A stretch of 64,000 bases of DNA, taken from Chiloscyllium plagiosum (Eukaryota). The notes under the pieces are model-generated. The model was not told the DNA's origin. It saw nothing but the letters and a program-made list of their open reading frames with translations, and made no database searches. The stretch covers positions 14,277,483 to 14,341,482 of the forward strand of contig NC_057751.1 in assembly GCF_004010195.1 (NCBI RefSeq). The letters are read 5' to 3'. The position numbers were made by a program, and so were the translations under genes. Positions 1 to 11,654 of the stretch are shown here, one piece after another. The first letter of the stretch is position 1; every line of letters begins with the position of its first letter.

Positions 1-587
1 TTTATAAAGCTCTGGTTAGGCCTCATTTGGAGTACTGTGTCCAGTTTTGGTCCCCACACCTCAGGAAGGACATACTGGCACTGGAACGTGTCCAGCGGAG
101 GTTCACACGGATGATCCCTGGAATGACAGGTCTAACATATGAGGAACGGCTGAGGATATTGGGATTGTATTCGTTGGAGTTTAGAAGATTAAGGGGAGAC
201 TTAATAGAGATGTACAAAATAATACATGGCTTGGAAAAGGTGGATGCTAGGAAATTGTTTCAGTTAAACGAGGAGACTAGGACCCGTGGATACAGCCTTA
301 GAATTAGAGGGGGTCATTTCAGAACAGGAATGCGGAGACATTTCTTCAGCCAGAGAGTGGTGGGCCTGTGGAATTCATTGCCACGGAGTGCAGTGGAAGC
401 CGGGACGCTAAATGTCTTCAAGGCAGAGATTGATAGATTCTTGTTGTCTAGAGGAATTAAGGGCTACGGGGAGAACGCTGGTAAGTGGAGCTGAAATGCG
501 CATCAGCCATGATTGAATGGCGGAGTGGACTCGATGGGCCGAATGGCCTTACTTCCACTCCTATGTCTTATGGTCTTATGGTCTTAT
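1..587 (+). mobile_element. CR1-clade LINE 3' end, young
   Basis: Uninterrupted ORF2 C-terminus (EYCVQFWSP..LERVQRRFTRMIPG..LRGDLIE..FFSQRVVGLWNSLP), then a 3'UTR and a (tcttatgg)n tail. Confidence 0.92.
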
Positions 588-1164
588 AGGTGTGTAATAA
601 CAACATCTCTGAACAGGTTGGTGAGAAAATAATGTTAAAATAAATTGGATATGCGGGCTGCTTTGGGCAGTTCAGGAAGCTGTTCATAGGTAAAACGAAG
701 AAAAGCATATTCATCAAGATATGTTGTTAAAGGATAATCCTGATGTAATAATTACAAATGCAGTATCAGTACCAGACATTGCCCATCATCGTCTTTCACG
801 AGACTCAGATTAATAGTTTGGCCTCAACTTCCATTTCAACCTGGCCTGGCTTTTGTGGTTTAAACACGATTTTCTTTGTTTGAGCAAGGGTTTTGTTTAA
901 GAGCCGTACTCCAAATCTGATGGAATACGTTGGAGCAGCTTCAGCCATGTTGTCCCAGTAATCATATACAGAAGCCAAGTCAAATTCTCACAAGTGTGTC
1001 ACTGTGACCTGTATTGCCTGACTGACATTATTCAGGAACGTGAAGAGAATCTTCCAAGAGTCACCCAAACCACACGAGACACCCTTAAAACACTTGCAGT
1101 GGAATGAGTTGGTTCACCCCACACCACTTGGGGTAGGGGGAGAAATTGAGTTATTTTATTGTCT

Positions 1165-1572
1165 TGCCCAGTTTCAGGACATCTCAGTGCTTTACAGGCA
1201 ATGAAATATTGTTGAGTTATTGCTGTTGTACTATAGATAAGGCATCAACCATTGATTACACGTAGAGCTCCCAAAAGAATTGTGGATCGCTGACCGGATA
1301 ATATGCCTTCACAGTAATGGTTTTGGAAAAAAATATCCAGCCCCTCACTGCCACTGGAGAGAACTCCTGCCCCCCTCTTTGAAGTAACATATAAGTTCTC
1401 TTGTCCCCACCTGAGAGAGCAGACTTGTTGTTCTTTTCACACCTGGTTCACTTCTGATCATGCAGCACTCCTTCACTAAAGTACTGATATGTTAGTTTAG
1501 ATTTTACACTCCAATGTTGCAGTTCAGCTTGAGCCCACGATTTTCTGACTCCTATGAAAATAGTGCCACACT
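1165..1572 (-). mobile_element. Deu-domain SINE (SacSINE1/AmnSINE1-like), degenerate
   Basis: The reverse complement contains agtactttagtgaaggagtgctgca..gtctgctctctcaggtggggac..gcaggagttctctcc..ctgtaaagcactgagatgtcctga, resembling the Deu-SINE body and tail. Confidence 0.6.
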
Positions 1573-2039
1573 TCGAGACAAAAAGCCACAAGAACTGAAA
1601 ATTGAATTGTTTTCTTGTGTTCCATGTTCAGATTGCTAAAACAAGAAAATCTTTTGGTCAGTTTATTTGCTCACAAAATGATGGATGCACTGAATCATTT
1701 CCTTGCTCAATGGAGGTGACTGTTGGGATGAGTTTGCAGGTTAACTCGCTTTCTGAAATACTCTCACAAACCAAAGATGTTGCCTGTCCCAGCATCTAAA
1801 CCTTTTCCACAAACTTTATTATATGGTATTGTGACACTGCTGTAGAGGAGATGTAAATGGCTCCATTAAAATGGCACCAATTGATTATTGAATACCTCAA
1901 GTGAATAAGCTGTGGGGATGATTTCTGTGGTCACACCAAGTGAGGGAGCAACAAAGGGTGACCATCTTTGCTTATCAGCGACAGTGGCCATTGGCAAGGT
2001 TGGATTTGTCCTGCTTAACGTGTGCATGAAACACCCAAG

Positions 2040-2245
2040 CAATTTTCCACTGAGTCAGTACCTGTCCTGGAACAGCTTGGCTAAGGGTGCGGCAAGTTCT
2101 CAAACTCCTGTCTTCAGTACAATATCTGGAATATTGTCAGGGCCCACAGCCTTCGCAGTATCCAGTGTCTCCAAGTGTTTCTTGATATCACATGGAGTGA
2201 ATCGAATTGGCTGAAGACTGGTACCTGAGATGCCGGGGACCACTA
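2040..2245 (-). mobile_element. LINE ORF2 fragment, pre-RT region
   Basis: The minus strand translates to LQPIRFTPCDIKKHLETLDTAKAVGPDNIPDIVLKT..ELAAPLAKLFQ, the KAxGPDxIP motif of CR1/L2-type ORF2. Confidence 0.75.
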
Positions 2246-3343
2246 TAATTGCTTGTCGAGTTGTTCTGTTCTGGTATCCCTCTGGTTTTGACAGCTCCTC
2301 CTTGTATCACTGGACTTTGCCCTTTTTCCAGAATGAAGTACTTTCCTCATTGAGTAGAAAGAAAGAGCAAGTTTTCTTTTGAGAGCTTGCAACTGGTGTA
2401 ACCACAAAAACAAAGTGTTTGTAAAGCTTCTACAAGCGTATGTTTGTCTTTTTCACCTGCTTCTGCACACACGATTAAACTGAGGCAAGATAGCTTGGCT
2501 CTGTTTCAGAGAAGTGTAATAAGACTGCAATCTCCTTTTATCTTATCATAACTCATTTCACTGGTTTATTACTCTCCCTTCAAAACTCCTTGATTTCCAT
2601 TACCTTTCGCTTTTCCTTTGCTTTTGTTACCACTCCTTTTTTTGTCCTCTTCACAATTTCTTTTACTCCCACTTGACTCATGTATCCCATCTTCTTTGTT
2701 GCCCTTACGTCCTATTTTCCCTCTTCTCTCACTCGCTCTTTCGTTCTGCTATTCCTCAAGTCTTTAACCAAGAGGTGGCACTCTCACTAATCTTCTATCC
2801 AGATTGACTGCTGCTGGGGATGTGCTTGTTCTTAGCTAATATCAGCAGTTAGACCGATTTATTTTGATTCCTTTGCTTATTGAGATCCATTGACAGGATT
2901 CTTCTGCTGAGGCAGCTGGACAAGTGCCAGTACGATACTGTAATTGGTTAAAAGCTGCTGCGGTGGATGAACTCACTGTTGCTATCTGGTAGTTACACGT
3001 TCTGCTTATTTTTGTTGCCACCTTTCCCGTACCTGCATTCCACTCTGCGCCTTTTTGGGATTGTGTTGGTCACAGTTGTGAGTATTATTTAAATAACATC
3101 ATAATTCAGGAAAGGCTACTTCAGCTGACCAGTGAACTAATTGGCTCTGTCCTACATTCAGCCCCTCCCACAGAGATGAGGCATAAAAAACCATGCCTTA
3201 TTCATTTGAGGATTTTACATTTTTTCTTCTCCATCTACGGGGGGGGGGGGTCCAGTGAATCCTGACTTTTGACACATCTGCTCTTGTTTGAGAGAGTCTA
3301 ACTTAGTTTAAAAACTGATATGCAAAACTTTTTCTGTGAGCAG

Positions 3344-3575
3344 GTTATTTGCTATCGAAGCGGGAAGGCCAGGCTGGGTCGCCAGAGAAGCCACTGTCTG
3401 ACCTGGGCCGTCTCTCGTACATGGCGTACTGGAAGAGTGTGATCCTGGAGTGCCTTCACCAATGTCATGACAAGCAACTCAGCATCAAGAAACTGAGCAA
3501 GCTCACAGGGATCTGTCCCCAGGATATCACCACAATACTGCAACATCTAAAGATGTTGCAGTTTCGCAACGACCG
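3344..3575 (+). CDS. KAT6A: KAT6A internal coding exon, C-terminal part of MYST HAT domain (gene starts upstream of window)
   Basis: Acceptor ttttctgtgagcag|GT, donor CG|gtacgt. Translates (S)[57 protein letters not shown], the MYST family [11 protein letters not shown] motif as in vertebrate KAT6A. Confidence 0.95.
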
Positions 3576-3964
3576 GTACGTGGTCGTCAAATTGATGGTT
3601 TTTTTTAATATTGTTCTCATTTAACACAGTGAATTTTCCCTTTTTGTGAGAGGCCTGCAGCAAAATTTGAAGACCAGCAAATTTTTTTTCTGTCCATGAT
3701 GCACAAGTTGATTGCAGTTATTCAAAGGTATCTTAACTAATTTCAGATGAGTGAGCAAAAATGAATGATTGCTTGCTTTTGGTTAATTTTTGACAGTAAA
3801 GGAATTTATGCTTATTTAAATGGCAGCACCCAAGACCACAGGGTTTTCGATCCGTGCTAATACTGCAGGGGTCCCGTGCTGAGTATTTGAACTTTAATTG
3901 TGCTACTGTTTAACGGTCACTTTTGTGAAAAAAAAAATGAGTCTTTCGTTAATTTTGTTGGAAG

Positions 3965-4145
3965 GTTTCTGGTCATTCGTCGAGAGAAGCTGATACAGGA
4001 ACATATGGCAAAGCTTCAGACCAATCCAAGGCAGATTGAAGTTGATCCTGACAGTTTACGCTGGACACCTCTGATCTTTTCAAACACTGCAGTGTCTGAT
4101 GAAGAGGAAGATGAAGATGATGAAGATGAGACTCCAGCATTAAAG
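3965..4145 (+). CDS. KAT6A: KAT6A coding exon, end of MYST domain and start of acidic region
   Basis: Acceptor gttggaag|G completes the CG+G Arg codon. Encodes [35 protein letters not shown]. The 3' end is either AAG|gtacat (4145) or AAG|gcaagt (4160), both phase 0. Confidence 0.88.
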
Positions 4146-4642
4146 GTACATGTTCAAAAGGCAAGTCATTTTCTTCTTGATAGGCAACTTCTGAACAAGA
4201 TTTCCTCCATATCTGACCCAATGCAAAACCAGTTTGCCCCTATGAATCAAGTTGTTAAACATGGATAGCCAACACAGTGAACAAAAGATGAAAAGGTGCC
4301 ATCCCATATTCCCAATTCCTCCGCTGTATCTGCTCCCAGGAGGACCAGTTCCACCACAGAACACACCAGAACCTCCTTCTTTAGATACAGCAATTTCCCT
4401 TCCCACGTGGTTAAAGATGCCCACCAACGCATCTCGTCCACATCCCCCACCTCCGCCCTCAGACTTCACCCCTCCAACCGTAACAAGGACAGAACGCCCC
4501 TGGTGCTCACCTTCCACCCTACCAACCTTCGCATAAACCAAATCATCAGCCGACATTTCCGCCACCTCCAAACAGACCCCACCACCAGGGATATATTTCC
4601 CTCCCCAACCCTTTCCACCTTCCGCAAAGACCGTTCCCTCCG

Positions 4643-5126
4643 NNNNNNNNNNNNNNNNNNNNNNNNNNNNNNNNNNNNNNNNNNNNNNNNNNNNNNNNNN
4701 NNNNNNNNNNNNNNNNNNNNNNNNNNNNNNNNNNNNNNNNNNNNNNNNNNNNNNNNNNNNNNNNNNNNNNNNNNNNNNNNNNNNNNNNNNNNNNNNNNNN
4801 NNNNNNNNNNNNNNNNNNNNNNNNNNNNNNNNNNNNNNNNNNNNNNNNNNNNNNNNNNNNNNNNNNNNNNNNNNNNNNNNNNNNNNNNNNNNNNNNNNNN
4901 NNNNNNNNNNNNNNNNNNNNNNNNNNNNNNNNNNNNNNNNNNNNNNNNNNNNNNNNNNNNNNNNNNNNNNNNNNNNNNNNNNNNNNNNNNNNNNNNNNNN
5001 NNNNNNNNNNNNNNNNNNNNNNNNNNNNNNNNNNNNNNNNNNNNNNNNNNNNNNNNNNNNNNNNNNNNNNNNNNNNNNNNNNNNNNNNNNNNNNNNNNNN
5101 NNNNNNNNNNNNNNNNNNNNNNNNNN
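4643..5126. other. Assembly gap (484 N) inside a Penelope-like element
   Basis: Run of N; both flanks are PLE sequence. Confidence 0.98.
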
Positions 5127-5203
5127 TACTCTATGCTACTTTCTCCCCACCCCCACCCTCCTCTAGCTTATCTCTCCACGCTCCAGGCTCATTGCCTTTA
5201 TTC

Positions 5204-5231
5204 CTGATGAAGGGCTTTTGCCAGAAACGTC
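5204..5231 (+). ncRNA. Minimal hammerhead ribozyme motif (family A; stem II closing pair disrupted)
   Basis: CTGATGA-A-GGGC-TTTT-GCCA-GAAAC-GTC. Confidence 0.6.
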
Positions 5232-5814
5232 GATTTCGAAGCTCCTTGGATGCTGCCTGAACTGCTGTGCTCTTCCAGCACCACTAATCCAGAATCTGGT
5301 TTCCAGCATCTGCAGTCATTGTTTTTACCTCGTTGAGCTTAACTAATTGTGTCTGAATCTGCAATAAGTGCAAGTTAACCTGAAATAATCAATTTGCAGG
5401 ATTTGTTTTTGTTAAATCTTTGGAGTGAGCTCGACTGTCATGGAGCTGAATGGGAACAAGGTAGCTATTAGATCTGTGCAGAGCTGCTTGTGTTATCAGA
5501 GTGCTGAGAATCTTAATGAATCTTAAGTAAATTGTTTGGATGATTTGCTCTTGGTAACCCATGCCCATTCCATTTGCTGTGGTTTTGTAATGAGAAACAC
5601 CAAGCAATCACACTTGAATAGCTTGATCTGAATCTCAAACATCTTTTCCTTTGCAGATGCATAAGTTTGTCAACAGATGGCAGCAGCAGCATAGGGTCCC
5701 TGATAGGGAAGCAAGACGGTTGTGGTCATTAACACAGCAACCCGATGGGTTAGATTTGCAGCAGACCAACCAAATAAATCATGCTCCAAAAGCAGCATTA
5801 GGTCAGTGTTGAAA

Positions 5815-5960
5815 ATGAGAAACAAAAGCAGGAAGTGCTGGAAATGCTTGTCAAATCTGGCAGCATCTGTGGAGAAGAAACAGTTAGCCTTGAAATCGAA
5901 AAGCCTGCCTGTCCACAAATGTTGCCAGACCTGGTTAATGTTTCCACATTTTCTGCTTTT
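5815..5960. repeat. Degenerate inverted pair of PLE terminal repeats (hairpin)
   Basis: aaagcaggaagtgctggaaatg..tctggcagcatctgtggaga versus tgtccacaaatgttgccaga..tttccacattttctgcttt; the ribozyme core is lost. Confidence 0.55.
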
Positions 5961-6399
5961 AGATCATAAATAAATCATGAGGATGAGTCATTTTTTTATG
6001 AGTTTGACCTTCGGACTTCCTGTACCAAGCACGGGAAAGCAAAACCACCAATGTCATCAACTCAGGGGTTTGCTTCGTTTTGAAATCAAGAAACCATGTG
6101 CCCTTCTCACATGGTTCTGCACTCAGTTTTCAAGAAATGTTAACTCAAAACTATAAATTACTTGGCGATAATTATAATCGCCCTGTTCAGGCACATTATG
6201 GCATACGTCTGGCGGAGGTGGAACTTGAACATGGGCCTTCTGATCCAGGGATACGGTCACTACCACTGCCACATGTACTTTTCCAAATCAGTTTTAAATT
6301 TCAGCATATGTGTGTGTCAGATGTATTGAGTTTTGCAGTGGAGAGATGGGGGAAGACTGACTGATCAGAACACATGGCCTTCAAATCATGAAACTTAAC

Positions 6400-6655
6400 A
6401 AAATAAAAACCAAAACAATTGGGGCTGCTGGAAATCAGAAACAAAAACAGAAAATGCTGGAAAAGCTCAGCAAATCTGGCAGCGTCTGTGTGGAGAAATC
6501 AGAGTTAACGTTTCAGATTCAGTGACCCTTCGTCAGAGCTCAAAACTCAGCAGTTCTGCGGAAGGGTCACTGGACCTGCAACGTTAACGCTGATTTTTCT
6601 CCACAGATGTTGTAAGATCTGCCGACCTTTTCCAACAGCTTTTGATTTGGTTTAT
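6400..6655. mobile_element. Head-to-head inverted pair of PLE-type family C terminal repeats, each with a degenerate hammerhead
   Basis: Minus copy core 6507-6536 reads CTGACGA-A-GGGTC-ACTG-AATCT-GAAAC-GTT. Plus copy 6556-6585 reads CTGCGGA-A-GGGTC-ACTG-GACCT-GCAAC-GTT. The flanking arms are mutually complementary. Confidence 0.75.
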
Positions 6656-8123
6656 GAAAGTTAGCTAAGGATAGTGAGTTAATTGGAAATTCAAAATACA
6701 CCACAACGATCACACTTGACAGTTGACAACTCGGTTTCAACACTTTCCCCTCCAATGAACTTTGTAAGTCAAGTTTTAACGGCTTCCTTTTTGACTGTGA
6801 CACTTGGATAAACTGTCATGCAGTGCTACGACTTGGAGATCAAACTGGACCTAACTTGTACAAAGTTACCTCGAGAAACCTTGCTGAAAAAGAAGTGAGC
6901 TTCGTCTTGAAACCAGATTTACTTTGCAGCCTTTAAACAGGGATTTTGAAGATTCCAACTCTTGTTCCTGCCTTGTCAAGTTGGACAATATTTTTGAATC
7001 CCAAATTACTGCCTTTCTCCATATCCTTTTATACACTTAGTGAGCATCTACCTCCATTTTGACCATCTGAATTAATATGCATCTTTGGTCATTGGAAACT
7101 CCATTCTCTGAGTGAGGCTATTTAAATTAGATTCACTGTTAACTGCCTTGCTTCTAATTCTAATGGGCAAGTCTATTGATTCCAAGGATCAACCTGCTGA
7201 ATTGTAATTTAAGGTCCCATTTAGACCTAATTTACCCTTTTATAAAGGTGGCATGCTTCAATCACAAAGGGCCAGAGTTAACAACACACGCTGCTATTCA
7301 TGTGCAAATCAGCCATTAAATTCAGGCATTCAGAGATACTTGCTTGAGTTATGGGTCTCCAGAACTTACTGGTCTGTTCACTTGGCTTTTTGCTTCACAG
7401 AGGTAAAATCCTGATGTTAATCTTTCCATAATTTGGAAGAATTTGCTGGATTTCATTAATTGTCCATGACATTCACCAGAAAATTGTGTCTAGAGAGTAA
7501 TCATGTAAATGTCTTTTTAATTGTACTGCCATGGAAATTCATCAACTTCTGGTCCAGAGAGGTAATAATTTAATCTGTTCAATCTTGTCCCTGTACATGG
7601 TAAATTGTTGAAAAGGATGTTAAATGTCAGTTTTTTTCCCCTCACTGTCCCTTAATGCTGATTTTCTCTCCCTCACTTAATTCCCCTTTCAGTTTCTCAT
7701 TTACTTTTAATTCAGACGACTCCATTGCTTTGCTGTGTTTCTTCCTCAATCCTTAAGCATCACTAATTAAAGCAAGAGCACTGTTTTATCCTGGTGCTCA
7801 CCTGGGTCAGAAACGCCTCATTACTCTCGTAGCACCATTATCAGCTTATACTTGTAATTGCATGCAGAAAGATGTTGAACGAAAGGATGCGTGTAAAAGT
7901 CCCAGACCTGGAACATCTCGTCCTGTTGACCACTGTCGGACAGCATGCTGGCAGTCTAGCATTTGTAGGATTGGTCATCATCAGCTAACTCTTCATTTTG
8001 ATTTGACGGTGGGGTTCCTCTTGCATGTTTCAAGAAATGGTGACAGCATTGATATTAATGTCACAAATATTTCTCTGTCTCTGACTTACTGCAATGGAAA
8101 ATGTTACTGTTGCTCTAATGTGA

Positions 8124-8294
8124 AACTCTCACAACACCAGGTTATAGTCCAACAGGTTTAATAGGAAGCACACTAGCTTTCGGAGCGCCGTTCCTTCATC
8201 AAGTGAAGGAAAGCTAGTGTGCTTCCAGTTAAACCTGCTCGTGCGATTTTTAACTTTGTACACCCCAGTCCAACACCGGCATCTCCAAATCACA
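8124..8294. mobile_element. Short hairpin derivative of PLE family B with hammerhead motif and 12-bp TSD
   Basis: ggaagcacactagctttc / gaaagctagtgtgcttcc is a perfect inverted repeat. Minus core 8174-8202 reads TTGATGA-A-GGAAC-GGC-GCTCC-GAAAG-CTA. Flanked by GCTCTAATGTGA (8112-8123) and GCTCTTATGTGA (8295-8306). Confidence 0.8.
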
Positions 8295-8716
8295 GCTCTT
8301 ATGTGAGTTGTTAATTCATGCTGTTTATTTCTCACATATCTTGGGTTTCAAATAGCTGATATTTAAAAATAAAAACAGACTAATCTTCAGTGTCAACTCA
8401 CAAAATTGTCCACATGGTGAGAGCAACAGATTAGGACCTGTCCTGGCCACAGTTGCAGAGGAAATACACAGATTTATCATTTCTGGCACACTTAGGAACC
8501 TCTCTCAGCTGATGACACAAATATCAGTTCCTCGGGGTATTTGACACTTGTGTAGCAGGTATGTTCCTTCTGGTGTTGTGCTTCTCTGTATTCCTGCCTG
8601 AAAATAGTAAAAAGGTAGGCGTTGAATTTAGGCTGACGTATCAACTTTGTAAGAGCAATCCTGGGCCTAAAAGGTGATGTGCCATTAATTTATTCACTGG
8701 TGTTTATTTAAAACAG

Positions 8717-8998
8717 ACTGAAACCACGACTGAGGCATGGGACAAGAAGGAACCCAATGGTTATGTGCCATTTCAGAACGGCAGGCAAATGGTAGCGTGT
8801 GCAACAGCCTGCAAAGCCCAGCAGGATAGTTCCATCGAAGGTCTTTTGCCTAATGGTGAGAACAAAAGGAAGCATTTCAGTGAGAGTAGCGATGAAGAAG
8901 AGGAGGAGGAGGACTATGAGGATGAAGAAGGTGATGACACGAGGCCAAACTCCCCACCTGTGCTGACAAAACCAGCACTGCGTGGCATGAAAAGGAAG
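8717..8998 (+). CDS. KAT6A: KAT6A coding exon, acidic region
   Basis: Acceptor tttatttaaaacag|ACT, donor AAG|gtaaga, 282 bp, phase 0/0. Ends FSESSDEEEE..RPNSPPVLTKPALRGMKRK, matching the KAT6A FSESSEEEE..SSPPILTKP..KRK motif. Confidence 0.88.
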
Positions 8999-9288
8999 GT
9001 AAGACAGCAAAAGTCGTTTTTCTCTTTGTTTCATCTAACGTGTGTGTGTGACATTTAAACAAGGTTATTTTGTCCTTGTTTTTTTTCAAGAGGGATTGTA
9101 AAGGCAGAGGTGCCGATATGTCTGGAAGTAGCTATTAAAACAATGGCAGGAGAGTGGCCACTTCTCCCATTTCAGGTTTTTTTGTACTTTGATTTGTTTT
9201 AGCAGGCAGTCAGAAACTCCTGTTAACAGAGAAGCTGTTCCTGTGGAAAAAGGTCCCATGTTCCGACAACTGTTTCTTGCTTGACCCC

Positions 9289-9928
9289 TGTTGTGGACGA
9301 GGCCATCCCCCTCAAAACATTTGTAAGCAGGACGCCCAGACTATAACTTTGCTATTTGTTTTAGCTTCGTGTGTAGTGAATATTCCCTGAGTAAATAAGC
9401 TGGTTCAACTGCCAAGTTTTAAATAAACAAAATTTATTTGCAGTATTATGAATGAAATATAAGGAACAGAAATAGAATACCAGGTAGCTTATCCTATTCC
9501 AAACCTGACTTCATGATGCTGTTCCGAAGATACTTGCAACAGTCCCAATCAACACATCCCTCAGCACAAAGAGTAAAAAGGGAACAAAATAGAGCGTACA
9601 GGCTTGAAGTTCGAGAGAGGTCAGCAGCCTGTGTCACACATCCCCTGCTGCGGGGGACTGACTAAAATTATGAACTAAATTTTTTTTTGAAAGTTTCATC
9701 TAAACAAAGGATAGATATGCAGCTAGCTGGCCACTCCCCTTTGATTATACCTTTTTTTGTAAAGACATGAAAGCTTTTGGCCTGAAGCACTGTCTGTTCG
9801 GGGTAAACAAAGGGCCCCAATAAAACTTTCAAACCTAGCATAGTTGGAGCCTGGTCACTTATCCCCTCTCTGGGGGAAAGAAAACTGAGAGGCCTCGTAG
9901 CCTTGTAAAAAGGATCAGTATTGTGACA
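9289..9928 (-). mobile_element. LTR-like element, apparently nested antisense in a related LTR-like copy
   Basis: TGTTGT...TGTGACA ends. The reverse complement of 9289-9450 aligns with 10125-10285 and 49450-49607 (aataaatt.tgttt..ccagct..ggaatat.cact..gaggggg.tggcct.gtcca.aaca). No TSD found. Confidence 0.5.
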
Positions 9929-10285
9929 CTTTTCTCTCTGCAGTCTCTCCTGCCTGTAAGGACCTGAGTTTGACTTTGCCATTTGCCAAGGGATGGTGTT
10001 TTTGGGATGTTCCGGGTTTGGGATGTTCCGGGTATTGGAACAGCTCCTTCGTTAAGTTGTGATTTCGAGTCGGTTAGGTTTCCAAATAGTTATGCTAAAT
10101 TCTGTTTTCTTGTTTGTGTTTCAACCGTAGTGGATAGATAAGTTCTGTTTTGCTTAAAGCCGAGTGGTTTGACCAGCTGCATCCCCCCCCTGGAATATCC
10201 ACTTTACATCAGTCTCGAGAATAAGGAAAAATTAGGGTCTGGGCTACCTTGTTCAAGTGTTTGAGGGGGTCTGGCCTCGTACAGA
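9929..10285 (+). mobile_element. LTR-like element 3' part (same family as 49285-49607)
   Basis: Shares ctgtaag.acct..gtttga, gtggtttgaccagctg, ctggaatatccact and tgagggggtctggcct with 49285-49607. Contains a 16-bp tandem duplication at 10001-10032. Confidence 0.55.
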
Positions 10286-11654
10286 AGTGTGTCTTTTGGG
10301 GCCTTTGTCGCCAGGAGCGCTAAGCATGTTGTAGCACTGAAACCAAAGCTCTGGTTGACATGCTGTGATTTATTTCATTCATTAGTGACTGCAAGGAAGA
10401 ATTAATTGTAAGGGTAAAATACATTCTCTGATTCTGGGATCCAATGATGATGGATCATCAGGTTTTAATTATCCCTTTGTGCAAAGTTAGGAGAAAATTA
10501 TTTACACAGCAGGTTGTTAGAGTGTGGAATGCTTTTTGAAATGAAGAGTTTGATGCAACCAATTGCATCTTTTGGAGAGAAAATTAGACAAACCCCGAAG
10601 CATACATTGCTGTGGTTCAGGATTTCTGTGTTAATTTATCTTCTCCACTTTGTGTTTCCAGTATTTAACATTTGTTTTGCAAGGTGCCCCAAACAGTACT
10701 CTCTGTTCTCGATATTGTTGAAACTTCTCAACTCGCACTCTAGGAAACAGTTCTCAAGGTGATTAAAGGGAGCACCAGCATTTATACTCTAAGGGGAGAA
10801 TACTGATTGATGGCAGATGCACTCTGGGATGGTGCATCAGCTTATTTGTAGTTAATTGTCAGATTTTGTTTCTGTTTTAAATCAGCTAGGTTGACTCTGA
10901 TAGGTCAAGGCATTGCTCTGAGAAATGAGTTAGTCAGTGGCTGTCACCAATTTGCAGTGAAGGTGTATGTTCTTCCCGTCTACAAACAGCAGACCTCTTG
11001 TATTCATATGCAAAGCTTCCGTTGCACAGAAGTGTGCCACACCGCTGACACAACATCACTGTTCCATATCAGTTGTTCACGTAATTCTTTGCATGCTCAG
11101 GATTATCCAGCAAATGTCCAGTCCCCTGTTTGCTGGAAACGATTGTTGGGCTATGCTGTTCTGCCAGCATTTGGGACATAGGGCCGACATACCTGGCGTC
11201 ATGTAAGCTCTGAAATTCAGAGATCACATCTGTCCATTTGTGTGTGAGACCACAAATGGATCGATGGCACTATCCTGTTGGTGGTGAACACCATTCATGT
11301 TGTTCCTGGAGAGCAGTAATCTCAAATAATTGACTTCACCTGTCACTCAAACATCTGAAATACTTGATCTTCCAGAGTCACCTGAGGTAGAATGAGCCCT
11401 TTTTCAAATCAAAAGGCTCAAGACCATTCATGTCTTCGTGCCATTTGCAGTAAGAAGTGATTTGATCTGGATAGACATTCGCCCACAGGCTGACTTGTGC
11501 GCATTTGATTTCAGCATCATGTTTGTAAAATGGATGAGGCCCGATTTGAGTTTTCTGACACAACCAATCTTAAGCATGTCGAATTGTAGGAGTCCTGACA
11601 TGTCTGCTGTGCAAATTCGTTTGAGATTGTCAGGAGTAGAAAACACGTGGGTGT

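Larger units (their letters stand above)
4297..5331 (+). mobile_element. Penelope-like element (family A), 5'-truncated, spans the gap, 3' repeat with hammerhead
   Basis: Encodes AIPYSQFLR..ICSQEDQF and PLVLTFHPTNLRI..FRHLQTDPTTRDIFPSP..FRKDRSL (PLE RT thumb/linker). After the gap comes the terminal repeat cctgatgaagggcttttgccagaaacgtc..ccagcatctgcagtc. Confidence 0.85.

Noticed and set aside
3239..3250. G12 run upstream of the first exon in the window
   Set aside because: Simple homopolymer with no supporting evidence of function.
7862..8161. Possible extra KAT6A exon (KDVERKDACKSPRPGTSRP..)
   Set aside because: Weak polypyrimidine tract, no convincing in-phase donor, and no recognisable KAT6 similarity; it cannot be fully excluded without RNA data.
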